DNA of 61,736 nucleotides, the filler included, from Globobulimina sp. (lineage: Eukaryota): NCBI GenBank assembly GCA_003354225.1. It is 18 parts of 18 records of this genome, joined end to end, with 100 filler letters (N's around TTAATTAATTAA, not from the genome) between each part and the next. Parts side by side here need not be neighbours in the genome. Positions count along the whole stretch, not along the records: positions 1 to 3,339 come from PIVH01003036.1; positions 3,440 to 6,777 come from PIVH01003037.1; positions 6,878 to 10,215 come from PIVH01003038.1; positions 10,316 to 13,653 come from PIVH01003039.1; 14 more parts are not named here. One strand, written 5' to 3'. Position 1 is the stretch's first letter; the number at the start of each line of letters is the position of its first letter. Below, piece after piece: positions 1 to 12,851 of this stretch. The position numbers were made by a program, and so were the translations under genes. The notes beneath the pieces were generated by a model. It was not told where the DNA came from. It saw only the letters and a list, made by a program, of their open reading frames with translations, and ran no database searches.

Positions 1-1
1 C

Positions 2-1850
2 AAACCAGTCAGAGTCAAAGCAGAAAAAAAGAAATTCCCACAAGTTCGTAAACAATTACTCGCAGAGTATGGCTTATCAATCCGTGACCATTTTGTTCGC
101 GATTGCTACAATAAATATCAATCCGATGAAATAGATGGAGATAAATTATTTTACGAAGCCATCAACCAAACCTTAACCAGCATCGCCGAGCCGTACTTAC
201 CTCCCAAATTCGGACCGAAACATAAAAAATTGGCTCACAAATCACTATTACAAGTGTTTTCCATTCGGGATATTTCGAAATCGCAACAAAAACAGGACCA
301 ACTAAATACGGGCAAAGACTCCAAACGAATGCTACATTTTATATTAACCGACGGCAAAACCAAAATAAACGCCGTCGAATTTCAACATATTGTGCTCTTA
401 GAGTTTAATTTCAAATCAATACTATATCCTTGCACTCATTGCGCTGACTTTTCTGATAAAATATAATGTTTCCATGTGTTTTTTATACAGCAATATTGGC
501 ATATATCCCGGTACCAAATTGCAATTAGAAAACGTGACCATCTGCGATGGCATTTTATTGTTGCGGCCCTCTAATGTGTTGTGGGTGGGTGGCGACGTGG
601 CGTCATTCACTGCCAAGTATTTAGCCGCCATCAAAGCACGCGAAGGCGATACACGCGTTCATCAAAAGAATTTATTAAAAGGCGAGACACCGCCGCCCCA
701 GTTTGAAGCGAACGATTTGACCGCAGTGGATAAGAAATATGACACTGATGAAGTGTATGATGAGTATGACGATTATCAGGACGAGAGAGTGTACAGTGAT
801 AATTATAATGATAGGCATCAGCGACAGCGACAGCGACAGCCACAGCAACAGCAACAGAGACAACATAAACATCAGCAACAGCATCAGCCACAGCAACAGC
901 CACAGCATCAGCCACAGCATCAGCCACAGCATCAGCCACAGCATCAGCCACAGCAACAGCCACAGCATCAGCAACAGCCACAACATCAGCCACAATATCA
1001 GCCACAGCAACAGCAACAGCCACAGCATCAGCCACAGCATCAGCAACAGCCACAGCATCAGCAACAGCCACAGCATCAGCTACAGCCACAACATCAGCCA
1101 CAACATCAGCCACAGCAACAGCCACAGCCACAGCATCAGCAACAGCATCAGCAACAACACCAACCACAATATCAGCCACAACATCAGCAACAACAGCAAT
1201 ACCAGCCGAAGCAACAACATCCGTCACAACAACCGCATCAGCATCAGCATCAGCAACAACATCAACCACAATATCAACCAAAATACCAGCAACAATATCA
1301 GCCAAAACAACAGCAGCCACAACATCAGCATCAGCAACAGCAACAGCAACATGTTCAGAATAAAAATAATAATCAGCAACGATATCAACAAAAGCATGTC
1401 CATGAAAATAATAGTAATGCGGTGGAAGCACCAAAGAATCCAATACGAAATAATGATGTTAATGTTGAGAAGGAAAATGAGGTTAAAAATGGAGGTGGTC
1501 ACAAGCAGTCAGAATATGGAATGCCACGCACATTGATGGAGTTATATGGAGTTAAACAGTTACCGTTTACGGCGAATATTGTGGCGGAGATCGTATCGGC
1601 AACGTTACAGTTTAATAATCAATCACATGATGCGTTTATTGAGTTTGATGTAAGTGATACGACGGGGAAATGCAAAGGAATGACATCGACACATTTAATG
1701 CAATGGATTTGCAGTAAATATGGAAACCAGATAAATCAACCGATGGTGAATGCGTTTTTTGCACAATGGGGACATAGGTATATTAACATTAAAATGGAAT
1801 TGAGAGATCCCCAAAGAATGGTTGTATTCCATGAAATAAAATGGCAATGA
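2..1850 (+). CDS. RMI1: RMI1-like protein (N-terminal OB fold, Q/H/P-rich linker, C-terminal OB fold); 5' partial, intron about 403-490
   Basis: The frame is open from base 2 through RMLHFILTDGKTKINAVEFQHI. An in-phase GT..AG intron (403-490) joins it to GIYPGTKLQLENVTICDGILLLRPSNVLWVGGDV, the RMI1_N/TDRD3 OB-fold pattern. The C-terminal IEFDVSDTTG...IKMEL segment resembles RMI1_C, which favours RMI1 over TDRD3. Confidence 0.75.
817..1350 (+). repeat. Coding low-complexity repeat built on CAGCATCAGCCA / CAGCAA units (QHQP, poly-Q)
   Basis: Imperfect 12-bp and 3-bp tandem units are directly visible. They also create the spurious overlapping ORFs 631-1443, 675-1076 and 739-1536. Confidence 0.95.
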
Positions 1851-2054
1851 TTATCAATGACATGCTTTTTGTGGCTCGTTTTGTTTTTGAGCGTATTAAA
1901 TGATGTGTGTTTCAGAAGAAAATGGGTCGCATTCTGCCTTATAATAATAACTTACTCATTAGTTTTTCGTTTTGATTTCTTAGTATTTTGATCGAGTTTT
2001 GGCGTTATACAGTAATGTTTTTTTCGATTTTGAGTTATCGAGATTAACTGACGC

Positions 2055-3065
2055 ATGTCGTTGATAATTGAATGGATGTCGTTGATGCTTCTATCACGTG
2101 CAAGCAAGAAAAACTTTCCCTTTGTTGCTCTGATATTTATATCCGTCACCCACTGCTTTCAGTGCCTAAAGCATACTGCATTACTAAATGTGACACATAC
2201 ACGATCTTCAGGGATAGCTATCTTTGAAAATTACAATAATGTGGATACATCATCAAATATATGGCATATTGACCCAACCTCGCAAACTGCATATGACTTA
2301 TTGTTAATTATGCAAAATGAATGGACATTTCATGCCTCACTAGAATCACAAATAACATTGACAATAAGTGGAGAAACACCAACAATATCCCTTAATAACA
2401 GTCAATTCATTATTGTATTCTCCGTAAATAACACACAATATTTCAGTGTTCTCATTCCATTGGACACTCAAAGAAATACTTGGAGATATTACCCGGGAAT
2501 CTTTTTGGCCAAAACAAATGATGTATACACGGACATAGTTAGCGGGCTGGGTGTCAGCAACGGGAAGCGGTCAGATAGAGTCTCAAATGGTGGCCAATGG
2601 TCCGACATAAGTCCATTATATACAGACAAATTGCATTGGCCACTTTTACTTAAATTGAAAAACGATCCAAATACGAATACGTTTCTATATCAATGTATTT
2701 CGAGCAACGCTTTATTGGAAACGGAATACCAATCGGCTTTTGTGAGTGATAAAGAAATTAATATTCATATAATGAATGTGGATGATGACGGAAAGCCATT
2801 TGATATATATTCAATATATGTTGACTATGAAATATTGAATATTAATGTCAATAAATCTAACATTACAACCGCAATAATGAAGAGTTCAACAACACACAAT
2901 ATTGCAACATCTGACGATAAACAATTAGATCATAAGACTTATACAATGGCGTACAGAATTGCTTATGTTGTTGGCATAACAATGGCACTTATTTGTGGCG
3001 CTATTGTGACTGTATCAATAGTTGCGTGCATCATGAGATACCTAATGTATTGTGTGTGTAATTAA
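2055..3065 (+). CDS. Hypothetical single-pass membrane protein
   Basis: 336-aa ORF with a hydrophobic N-terminal segment (FPFVALIFISVTHC) and a C-terminal TM helix (IAYVVGITMALICGAIVTVSIVACIM). No family recognised; start uncertain. Confidence 0.55.
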   Translation: MSLIIEWMSLMLLSRASKKNFPFVALIFISVTHCFQCLKHTALLNVTHTRSSGIAIFENYNNVDTSSNIWHIDPTSQTAYDLLLIMQNEWTFHASLESQITLTISGETPTISLNNSQFIIVFSVNNTQYFSVLIPLDTQRNTWRYYPGIFLAKTNDVYTDIVSGLGVSNGKRSDRVSNGGQWSDISPLYTDKLHWPLLLKLKNDPNTNTFLYQCISSNALLETEYQSAFVSDKEINIHIMNVDDDGKPFDIYSIYVDYEILNINVNKSNITTAIMKSSTTHNIATSDDKQLDHKTYTMAYRIAYVVGITMALICGAIVTVSIVACIMRYLMYCVCN

Positions 3066-3166
3066 ACAATCAAACTCATCCATTGCCAATTTTTATATAA
3101 ATCCAACAATAGAAATTATTTTTGTCTTGTGTTTCAGTTGTGTCTATTAATTCAGTGACTCGCATC

Positions 3167-3339
3167 ATGGCAGCTGCACCAACATGGACAAAACTTCCAG
3201 ATGCACCATTCAGGTATAAATCGTGTGGCAGACCAGCAGTGTTGATTAATGATGAAATTATTTTATCTCCACACGAAGATAATCATATTTATAAATTCAA
3301 CATCAAATCACAATCATGGACTAAATATTCATTTGGTGA
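3167..3339 (+). CDS. Kelch/beta-propeller protein, N-terminal fragment
   Basis: MAAAPTWTKLPDAP...HIYKFNIKSQSWTKY matches the kelch-like Y-x-x-x-x-x-x-W pattern. Truncated by the contig end. Confidence 0.5.
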
Positions 3340-3439
3340 NNNNNNNNNNNNNNNNNNNNNNNNNNNNNNNNNNNNNNNNNNNNTTAATTAATTAANNNNN
3401 NNNNNNNNNNNNNNNNNNNNNNNNNNNNNNNNNNNNNNN
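3340..3439. other. Artificial contig spacer (44 N + TTAATTAATTAA + 44 N), first of 17
   Basis: The identical spacer starts at 3340, 6778, 10216, 13654, 17092, 20529, 23965, 27401, 30837, 34272, 37707, 41142, 44576, 48009, 51441, 54873 and 58305. The 12-mer has stops in all six frames. Contig lengths fall monotonically from 3339 to 3332. Confidence 0.99.
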
Positions 3440-3546
3440 GAAAAGACCCCAAAAAACAAAAAACCTTAAACTTTTCCTCAATTCTAACTTTAAAAATGTA
3501 TAATGGCATCGTTTTGTAAAATATATTGCAATTAATTAATAACATG

Positions 3547-6500
3547 TCATTGTACAATATGATGTATACATATATTTTCCTATCGAACATTCTAATGTGG
3601 TCACTAGTTATGGCCCAAGATAAGGACTGCATTGATCTACAAAACGCAGATACTTTGGTTGATGGGGATGAAATAACGTTGACACAAAACTGTATTTTAA
3701 ACACAACAACAAGCATTAAACTAAACAACATACAGCTAACAATCCATGGGCGAGGCCACCAAATTGATTTTATAACCGATGATCAATACTTATTTGAAAT
3801 CACTAACAGCTCGATATTAACCCTCCAAAACCTTCAAATAGAATCACCAACAAAATATACATCCTCATCAGACATTAAATCCATATTTTACTTATCCAAT
3901 AATTCATCATTAACACTCAATGCCGTGCAGTTTACAAATAATATCAGCAATGCCAGTGATTATCGTTACACACAATACATAATATATGCACCACAAAGTA
4001 ATGCATCTTCATCGATATCCATAAACCATTCAGCATTCCAAAGTAATTTCGCCGTCCGAAATGGTACAATTTATATGAGTGGCACTGCAAATGCAGAATG
4101 CCCACAAAGTAATCCATGCTGCAAATCGCAAATATATATCGCCGATACTACATACAACGGCCTCTCGCAAGTTACGTACATTGTTGATTTGTATCAATTT
4201 GTGCCGTGTATATACTCTTGAAAAATAACATACGTACACCACAATTTTACAGTCATTTGTGACCGCAACGTGCAGTGACATATCCATCATAAATAGCAAC
4301 ATTACAAACAATGTGATAGCAACGTTAAATGAGCCTGATTGTTTATTATGTTTTGGCTCTGACACTAAAAGCACAATAAATGACAATATATTTGATAATA
4401 ACAATGGTATCATTCTCTATGCAGCAGCCAATAACAATGATATATTGGTCTCAAATCTGGATAATAATGTTGTTAGTAACCATGCAAACACCGCCATTGC
4501 AGTACAATCCAATACAAATCCACCATCCATACTCACCATATCCAATATAACCGTAATAGATTCCAATTTTGACACAACTGCTTTTTTGAAATTATCCGCC
4601 AATACAAAAGCAAATATACAAATTACACACGCCTTTTTTAATGATAATAGCGGTGTATTAATTGCCTCGGAACCAGAACAAGGCGTATCCAGTGATGATG
4701 GCTTATTTTTCACATCGTGTTTGGATGAATATAGCGAGCAAGAAGCTGGCATTTGGATTATTCAAACAATATTTGACAGTTTAGTGTTATAGATACAGTA
4801 CAATCTCCGCTTTTAAATTTAATATAAAAACACAGATAATGACGCTGAAAATGCTACAATGTTTGATATAAAACACCAACGTCTGTCATTAACTTCAGTT
4901 AATTTTACAAATAACATATGGACCGAATCATCGTTATTTAATGTTGAAGAGTCATCCCTTTATATATCTGACGGAAGCATCCATTCCAACTCAGGTTTGA
5001 GCGCCAGGATATTTTTTGTGTTTCTTTTGTTGTTTAAAATTTGTTGTACATAATATAAATATACAGACGATGCATTTAATGGCATGTTCATGTTTAACAA
5101 GGCCTATTCACTATGTTTCAATCCATCATTTATGTATTATGCATTGAATGAGACTGAAAATTCATTTTCAATGTCAGATTTCTTTGCGTTTACAAATACA
5201 ATTAATGATGTTAAAGGTGTCGAGATTAGCGATATCGCATTAGATAATTGCGAGGATACGACCACTGTGTTAGACCCAGTGAGTGTGGAATATATTAAAT
5301 TCTCCCATTTCAATGTCACAAACTGCGCAATGATCTCAATGAACGCCTCCAGAGACAACGCGGTTGCCATTGATTTTTATGACGGCGTTTTGAATAATTC
5401 GTCCATGAAATTAAATTTAAACGTTTATGATCGAATTAATGTACAGAATTGCCACTTTTCTGATTCATTCATTCAATTATCATCGGGAATAATTAACACA
5501 TCGCTAACCTCCGTATCCTATGGCATATTAGCTACAAATGTAAAGATCGACAACTGTGAGTTTGAAGGCAATTTAACTGACAATAAATTAATCCAAATCT
5601 ACGCAAATGATGACTGGTTGCCATCCGTCACATTTTTGCACACTGATTTCTATGATTTGAGCCTAAATGGCAATAATTCGCACAATAATCCCTTAATACT
5701 GATCAGCACAGTGGCCATAAACAACACTACGAAGACCGTGCCCTACGTACAAAGCGCCATACAATTCATCAGCTGCAATTTCAACTATTTATCTCAACAC
5801 TTATTAACGGTGATCGACGACGCGATATACGATGATACCGCGCCCATTTCGAGGATATATTTTACAAAATGCAGCTTCGAAGAGATCGATTCCACGATAA
5901 TTTATCACGCATTTAACGAACAAGCGGCCATCAAATTCGATTTCGTCAATAACGATTTTGCGAATATCACCGCCTACCACAATGACAACGGCATGCTACA
6001 TTTTGAGGGCTTTGCGTGTAATCGTACGTATGCTCCATTGTTAAATACGGATATCAGTTTTACCAATGATGTGTTTGAATATATCCACACGACACACGGC
6101 TTGATTTACGGATCGTGCCTCAATTTAGGGCTCACTCAGGTGGTCATGGAGAATAATAAAGGCGACGTTGCCTATGGTATAAGCATAACTAAATCGAGTA
6201 TAATATTGTCATCGGTCCGTATGAGTGGCAACAGCCAGAGTACCTATGGCGGCGTGTATTGTTTCACACAGATTGCAGAGCAGGATGAAGCAACGTGCAA
6301 TATGCAGATTGTTAACAGTGTTTTTAGCGACAATGAAGCTATGTATGGCGGAGTTATTTCATTTGATATACGCGGTACAAACATCAATGAATTCACGTCG
6401 ATTCGGGTTCATTTCAGCGAGTTTGTGTCCAATATGGCCTCGTTTGGCGGTGCCGTGTACATTGATGATATTATGCACACCGGCGAAATAATTACATTTT

Positions 6501-6777
6501 ATGATGTAAAGTTCATGGATAACGCAGCCAATGTTGGCGGTGCCCTTTATATCAAAGAGAGCGGTTTAAATTGCGATAATTGTCAATTTATGAATAACTC
6601 CGCTGTGCAATACGGCGGTGCGATGGTGATGATGTCTGATATTTGCACGCGAGATGTTTGGATGGATGATATCAGCACATATCCACGACTCACACTGTCC
6701 GGCGGCACCAATGTGTACAATAACGATGCGCTATTTGGTGGTGGGTTGGCATTGGTTTGTTACGATTTGTATACAGA
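3547..6777 (+). CDS. Secreted/surface right-handed beta-helix protein (polymorphic membrane protein-like); multi-exon, 3' partial
   Basis: Signal peptide (YIFLSNILMWSLVMA) plus repeated FxxN and GGA(V/L/M) motifs (FSDNEAMYGGVI, FVSNMASFGGAV, FMDNAANVGGAL, FMNNSAVQYGGAM). In-phase introns at 4171-4252 and 4995-5066, with a third near 4780-4835. Confidence 0.75.
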
Positions 6778-6878
6778 NNNNNNNNNNNNNNNNNNNNNNN
6801 NNNNNNNNNNNNNNNNNNNNNTTAATTAATTAANNNNNNNNNNNNNNNNNNNNNNNNNNNNNNNNNNNNNNNNNNNNA

Positions 6879-8005
6879 TATGATCTATGCGTTGAATGTG
6901 GCACCAAACATAGTGTCGAATATAAACAAAGGGAAGAAGAGGAAAACAATGAGGAAAAGAAAGAAGACGAAGAAGAAATTGATATGGATTTAATAAATAA
7001 AAACCAAGCTCAATTAATAAATTATGCCAATCCAACAACAAAACAAGATTATACTGCGATATATGGCAAATTTTCAGTGCTATGCGCAATGCCGGAATCA
7101 GAAAGGGATCAATGTCCTAAATGCGAGATGGTGTTTTTTGGTGAACCACGGTTGAAATCAGCAGAACATCATAAATTTGTGAAAGAGGATGATGCAAAAT
7201 TATGTGCAAATAAACAATGTCGATATCAATTTAAAATTGTATTTGCTAAGAAATTAAGGTATGATATTTTTATATGATAATAATTTATAATTTTGACGGT
7301 GACCCACCATATTTCAGATGTATTTTATGCGGAGAAATATATTGCGAAAAATGCAGGAATTATAAATTAGAACTAGCCAAAGGAAGTGATGCAGCACAAA
7401 GAAAATACATTGCATCAGAAAAGGTAAAACAACACAAATCAAAATTATCGTTGTTGAATAATATTAGTGTTGGAATTAGTAATATATTTAAATCAGATTT
7501 GGAAATAAAAGAAGAAGAATTATTATTTGAACAGAAAGAGTTACAACGAACCACATCAGATGAAAAGAAAGAAATTATTTCAAACACAATAATCGATTGT
7601 TGTCATATTTGTTGGTTACAATATTACCGCGGTTTATGTGGCGAATGTAATTTTGAATATTGCTTAGAATGCAGAAAAGATTGGCATCCAAATATTGATT
7701 GTGTGGAACTAAAAAGACAAGAAAGCTCAAAGGAAGCGAAAGATGCGGAAAATGATAAATTAAATGACGAATTTTTTAAACAACAAGGATTTGTCGAATG
7801 TCCCCGATGTGGCATGGTCATTGAAAAAACACATGGTTGCAATGCTATTCCACACAACTGTAAATTGGACAATGAAACAAAATATACGCATATTTATGTA
7901 TGTCATTGTTGCGGTGAGTATTTAAAAGATCATGATCATGAAAAAGATGGTACGAATCATTTTCCTGATGGACCATTTTCCATTTGTAGAATAAAAAAAA
8001 AATAA
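6879..8005 (+). CDS. RBR-type E3 ligase C-terminal part (IBR + RING2) with inserted FYVE-like finger; 5' partial, intron 7259-7317
   Basis: CPKC...CGECNFEYCLECRKDWHPNIDC is the IBR pattern and CPRCGMVIEKTHGCN...CHCCG the RING2 pattern. The frame is open from the contig edge (YDLCVEC, end of a ZZ-like finger). Confidence 0.7.
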
Positions 8006-8059
8006 CAACAGATTTTTAATTACAGACCTCGACTACTGAACCTAAGAACCTTCGGTACC

Positions 8060-10215
8060 ATGGCGTCGGTTAATACTCGACATCCGCAAAAAAAATTAAA
8101 ACGTAGGTCAGCAGGAACATTTGATAAAATGGGTCTTTCTCCTTGTTTGTTACGCGGTATACGAGCAATGGGATATAGATTACCAACGCCAATCCAACGT
8201 AAATGTATTCCAATAATCCTGGATGCACACGACCTCATAGCTATGGCACGTACTGGATCTGGTAAATCTGCAGCATTTCTAATCCCATTAATTGAAAATC
8301 TAAAACAACATTCCATGAAAATTGGCTGCAGAGCATTGATATTATCACCAACGCGCGATTTGGCACTACAAACTGCAAAATTCACCAAATCGTTATCCAA
8401 ATACACCGATTTACGGATTTGTGTAATTATTGGTGGCGAAGCAGTGGAGGAACAATTCAATGGCTTGTCATACAATCCAGACATTATCATTGCTACTCCC
8501 GGTCGAATCTCATACTTATTAAAGGAAATAAATACGTTCACTTTAACATCTATAAAATATTTAATCTTTGACGAAGCGGATCGTTTATTTGAAATGGGCT
8601 TTGCAGTGCAACTAAAAGCAATCATGAACTTTATTTCTATCAACAAACATCCACAAACTATGTTGTTCTCCGCGACAATGCCAAAGTGCATACTGCAATT
8701 TACCAGAGCTAATCTGATAAACCCTATCATGGTTCGATTAGACACCGATGTCAAAATATCACCAAATTTGCAAGTTGCGTTTATTTTTATTTTACATTTG
8801 ATAACTAATCATTGTTCAGTTTGAAACTGCATTTTTACCACTTTCTCAGTTTGAAACTGCAACAAATTTATGTGCAACACACCATTTTCTAATTTATGCG
8901 TAATTACATAGTTAAGCTATTTTTATTGCAGAGATGACAACAAATTGGCAGTGTTATTATATTTGTTGGAAATGGTTATATTACAAAGAAAAGTGGAGAG
9001 TGAAAGGGGCGTTTTCAATGATCACACGAATGACCCATTGATGTTAATATTTGTGGCCACTCGATACGATGTGGAATTAGTTTGCGATTTTTTATTATAT
9101 AATAATTATGCCTGCTTATCATGCTTTGGTTCGATGAATCAGTTTGACCGCAATGCGAATCTAACTAAATTCCGCAAGAAACAGGTGAACATTTTGGTGG
9201 TCACAGATGTCGCGTCGCGAGGTTTAGATATCCCATTATTAGATTTCGTGATCAATTATCAGATCAGTACCAGTGTCAAGTCATTTGTTCACAGAGTTGG
9301 CAGAGTGGCCAGGAATGGCAAATATGGCAAAGCCATTCAAATCATCAAACATCAGGAATTGCCGTATGTGGCTGACATTTATCGATATTGCCAACATAGT
9401 TTGCCGACCATTGAGAACAATAATAATAACATGGACATTCCCTTTGGAATAATCCCAGAACAGTCTCTATTGCCGTACATCGAAAGCGTGATTGCTATTT
9501 TTCGTAAGAATTGTGACTTGAGCAAAATGTTGGAAGTTTGTGTTAAGTCGCAAGATATTTACAATCGGACCAAATTAAAACCGACCAAGCGAGGCATTTA
9601 TGAGTCGAAGAAAATAAATTTCAAATTGATTCACCCGATTTTTGCACAGGAAATGGACAAAAAAGAGGTGAAAAAATATGAAATGTTGGATGATATCTCG
9701 TCGTTTAAACCGCAGACAACGGCGTTTGAAATTGGTGGCGCTGCCAATCCAAATTACGAAGTCATGCAAATTGTAAGAAAAGCCAGCATTGCGAGGAATG
9801 TTAGGAATGATGGCAAAAACAAGAAACATGGAAAGAAAAATAATAATAAGAAACACTTGAAAATGAAAAAGAAGTCATATCGGGACAATGCATATTTTAT
9901 TGAGAACAATAAAAATGATAAAAATGAGATGGAGTTAGAAGAGAATGGTGATGGCACCGATGATTTGAAGCAATTTATAATGGAATTAGACGCCGATGAG
10001 CTGTCTCTGATTAATAAAAAAAAGAAATTGTATTTGTATAACCAGTCAAAAGGCAAATATGTGACGGAATATATGGGCGATCGGATAAACAGATTTATGA
10101 AAGAAAAGAACGAATCGGCAAAGGAGATAAATGAGGATAGAAAGGATGGCAAATTGTATCGTGATTGGCAGTTGAAATCGAAACGGGAGATATCATTGAT
10201 TGGAAGTTATGAAAA
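8060..10215 (+). CDS. DDX54: DEAD-box RNA helicase DDX54/Dbp10; intron 8774-8911, 3' partial
   Basis: Q motif PTPIQ, ARTGSGKS, PTRDLA, TPGR, DEAD, SAT, RGLD and HRVGRVAR are all present. The C-terminal FKPQTTAFEIG and KNESAKEI...GKLYRDW resemble the DBP10 C-terminal domain. Confidence 0.88.
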
Positions 10216-10431
10216 NNNNNNNNNNNNNNNNNNNNNNNNNNNNNNNNNNNNNNNNNNNNTTAATTAATTAANNNNNNNNNNNNNNNNNNNNNNNNNNNNN
10301 NNNNNNNNNNNNNNNTACGGATTATTATGATAATTATGAATCTGGAGATGATGAAATAAGTTATACATTCTCCACTGAACATAGTTTATCACAAACACCA
10401 CAAAGTAATGGGAGTGTTAATACAATTTAAG

Positions 10432-10473
10432 AATATGTTTCTGAAAATTGACAATATGTTTCTGAAAATTGAC
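10432..10473. repeat. Perfect 21-bp tandem duplication AATATGTTTCTGAAAATTGAC x2
   Basis: Seen directly in the intergenic sequence. Confidence 0.9.
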
Positions 10474-10672
10474 ACATTCTGTATTTTTTGTTTATCATAA
10501 AATTCTTTATTTAAGGTTGTGATTTTTTTGTTGAGACAGTGAAAAAAAACAAGTGAGTAGTACCTTACTTTAACAATTAAATCGAAGTACGTGTAATCCA
10601 TAACCATTCCATGAACCATCAATCATGACATTTTGATGAATATGATGTCGTGCCCGTGATAAAACTGAATTA

Positions 10673-12163
10673 TTAGCAAATTTCCTTATCATTGATTTTT
10701 TGAAACACAAATGCATTTTCCAATGCATTTTCAATAAACATCCACACATTTTGTCCAATAATATTTGCTAATGCTTGGTCAATATCATACACAGTGTTTA
10801 ATATTTCTGTAATAACATTGATAGACCAATTATATTCTATCTTTAATCCATAGCATAATTCATTATCATTATCTTTATCTTTATTCCATATTAATGTTGT
10901 ATTATTTAGCCACAATATAAACTTCAAACTAATATACCGCTTTAAATCCTCTTTAAAATCCTCTTTAAAATAAATACATTTACATTGGGCCGAATAAATA
11001 TTCTCATTATTTCCAATTACCAAATTCCTCAAATCATTTATTTGCATAAAAGTTTGTGTATAACTTTCTGAGAATGATACACAATATCTTCCATTAGGAC
11101 ACACAATGAATTCTTTTAAACTTAACCTGTTTGTTCTGCATTCTTTTCCAGACAATCTTGTATCCAACGGATATGTTGCGTTAGTTATTAATGATTTATT
11201 TATTATCAAATAACTTACTTTCCACATATAATCAACATATCGTGCATATAGATTGCGTGTTGTGTATTTTCTTGTTGCTACTCGTGCAGAATTAATATCA
11301 TATCCCGCTTCTTGTTCTATTCGTTTTATTGGTCTTTTATTGGCAACATATGCGTCAGTCCAATCATATATATCACACTTGATCTGACCAGCACCAGTTC
11401 TAAAATCCCAAGCAGAATGTTTTTCTGGTGGTGAAAATGATTCGATTACAATCATTTTATCACCAAGGAATTCTAAATTAGAAACACTATCACATAGAAA
11501 CTTAAATTGAGGCTGATAACAATGATTCATAATATCAAAAAATTGAATTTCTGAATGTGACTTATTATAAACGGCCACATATTGTAATTGAGTATGTAAT
11601 CTCACATATTTTGTTTTTTCATCCAATTTGACTAAAAATGTTTTTTCCAATGTGTCATTTATTAGATTTACATTGAGTAAAAATAATGAAAAAATATCTT
11701 TCTCCTCGGCACCAAGCAAATATATATTATTTGGTTGCTTATCATTTGAAATAGAATCATAGATCCAATATCGTGTTGGATCAATAACATTGGAATATGC
11801 CACCATTCTGTTAATTATAAATGTATTTTCTGTATCTTTTAACATTGGATTTCTTTTTGTATTAAATTTAATAATTTCCCAAATAAATTTTGTCCATTGC
11901 TTTGTTGATATTTGTGAATCACTTTTAAATGAATAAATGCATTCTTTTCCTTTATCTTCTTCCACCACCAAATCAAAGAAACATTCATAATTTTGATTTC
12001 CGTTAATGAATAAAATACTGTTTGCTCGCATGTCTAATGTACACTCCATTTTATCTGAATGCTTATAGCTGCATAATTTATCATAATCGATCACAATGTA
12101 TCTTTTCCTCCAAACTCTCAAATATTTGCTTTTTTTGTAAAGCCAACCTTCCTTAGTACTCAT
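10673..12163 (-). CDS. PH-domain protein with probable beta-propeller-like C-terminal region
   Basis: MSTKEGWLYKKSKYLRVWRKRYIVI...YSFKSDSQISTKQWTKFI is a canonical PH domain. The rest is beta-strand rich and unassigned. Confidence 0.75.
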   Translation of the reverse strand: MSTKEGWLYKKSKYLRVWRKRYIVIDYDKLCSYKHSDKMECTLDMRANSILFINGNQNYECFFDLVVEEDKGKECIYSFKSDSQISTKQWTKFIWEIIKFNTKRNPMLKDTENTFIINRMVAYSNVIDPTRYWIYDSISNDKQPNNIYLLGAEEKDIFSLFLLNVNLINDTLEKTFLVKLDEKTKYVRLHTQLQYVAVYNKSHSEIQFFDIMNHCYQPQFKFLCDSVSNLEFLGDKMIVIESFSPPEKHSAWDFRTGAGQIKCDIYDWTDAYVANKRPIKRIEQEAGYDINSARVATRKYTTRNLYARYVDYMWKVSYLIINKSLITNATYPLDTRLSGKECRTNRLSLKEFIVCPNGRYCVSFSESYTQTFMQINDLRNLVIGNNENIYSAQCKCIYFKEDFKEDLKRYISLKFILWLNNTTLIWNKDKDNDNELCYGLKIEYNWSINVITEILNTVYDIDQALANIIGQNVWMFIENALENAFVFQKINDKEIC

Positions 12164-12851
12164 TGTGCGATGTTTGTTATATTTCTTCAAAAACTCTAAG
12201 ATAAATAAAACATGATAAATTAATTCGATCTGGTGGTTCAAAATAATTATGAATGCTAATGTATTGTATCACGCAATTTAAGCTGATACTAGAGCTCATT
12301 ACATGTAATTGCATATTATTACAATACAGATACATTACAAAAAAAAGCAGATATTTATAAAAACAAAAAAGGAAAATGAAAATCGAAAAATTATTGAAAT
12401 AATATTACATATTCACAAAGCAACAACGTCAGCACAACACTGCACGGATTTGAGAAAAAAGAAGAAAAGAATATTATATATGAAAAGGAGAGGTTATATT
12501 AATATTAACTATTAAGAAAAATAATACATAATTCCATGAAAAGAAAAACAAAAATACTAAAAAATTAGCGATAAATAATCATAAATTATAAAAAATTAAT
12601 AATTAAGTGTATAAGGGGTTGTTTATATTATTTGTATTACTAAATAGGATGCAAAAAATTTCAAAAAAAAACCATTGCAAAAAATGTGAAGAGATTTTAT
12701 TTAAAATTATATCGACACACATATGAACATATTCACTCTCATTACAAATCACAAGCATTGACGTAATAATAATAATAAAAAATGTAACTACAAAAACAAT
12801 CAACACACAGTCTCAAAAATGCATAACAAAAAAGAAAATCATATAAAATCA

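Noticed and set aside
631..1536. Overlapping ORFs rich in VAVAD, LLLMLW or SHSIS
   Set aside because: Alternative-frame readings of the CAG/CAT/CCA repeat inside RMI1.
8020..8754. 244-aa antisense ORF over DDX54
   Set aside because: Typical shadow ORF opposite a conserved helicase; no independent motifs.
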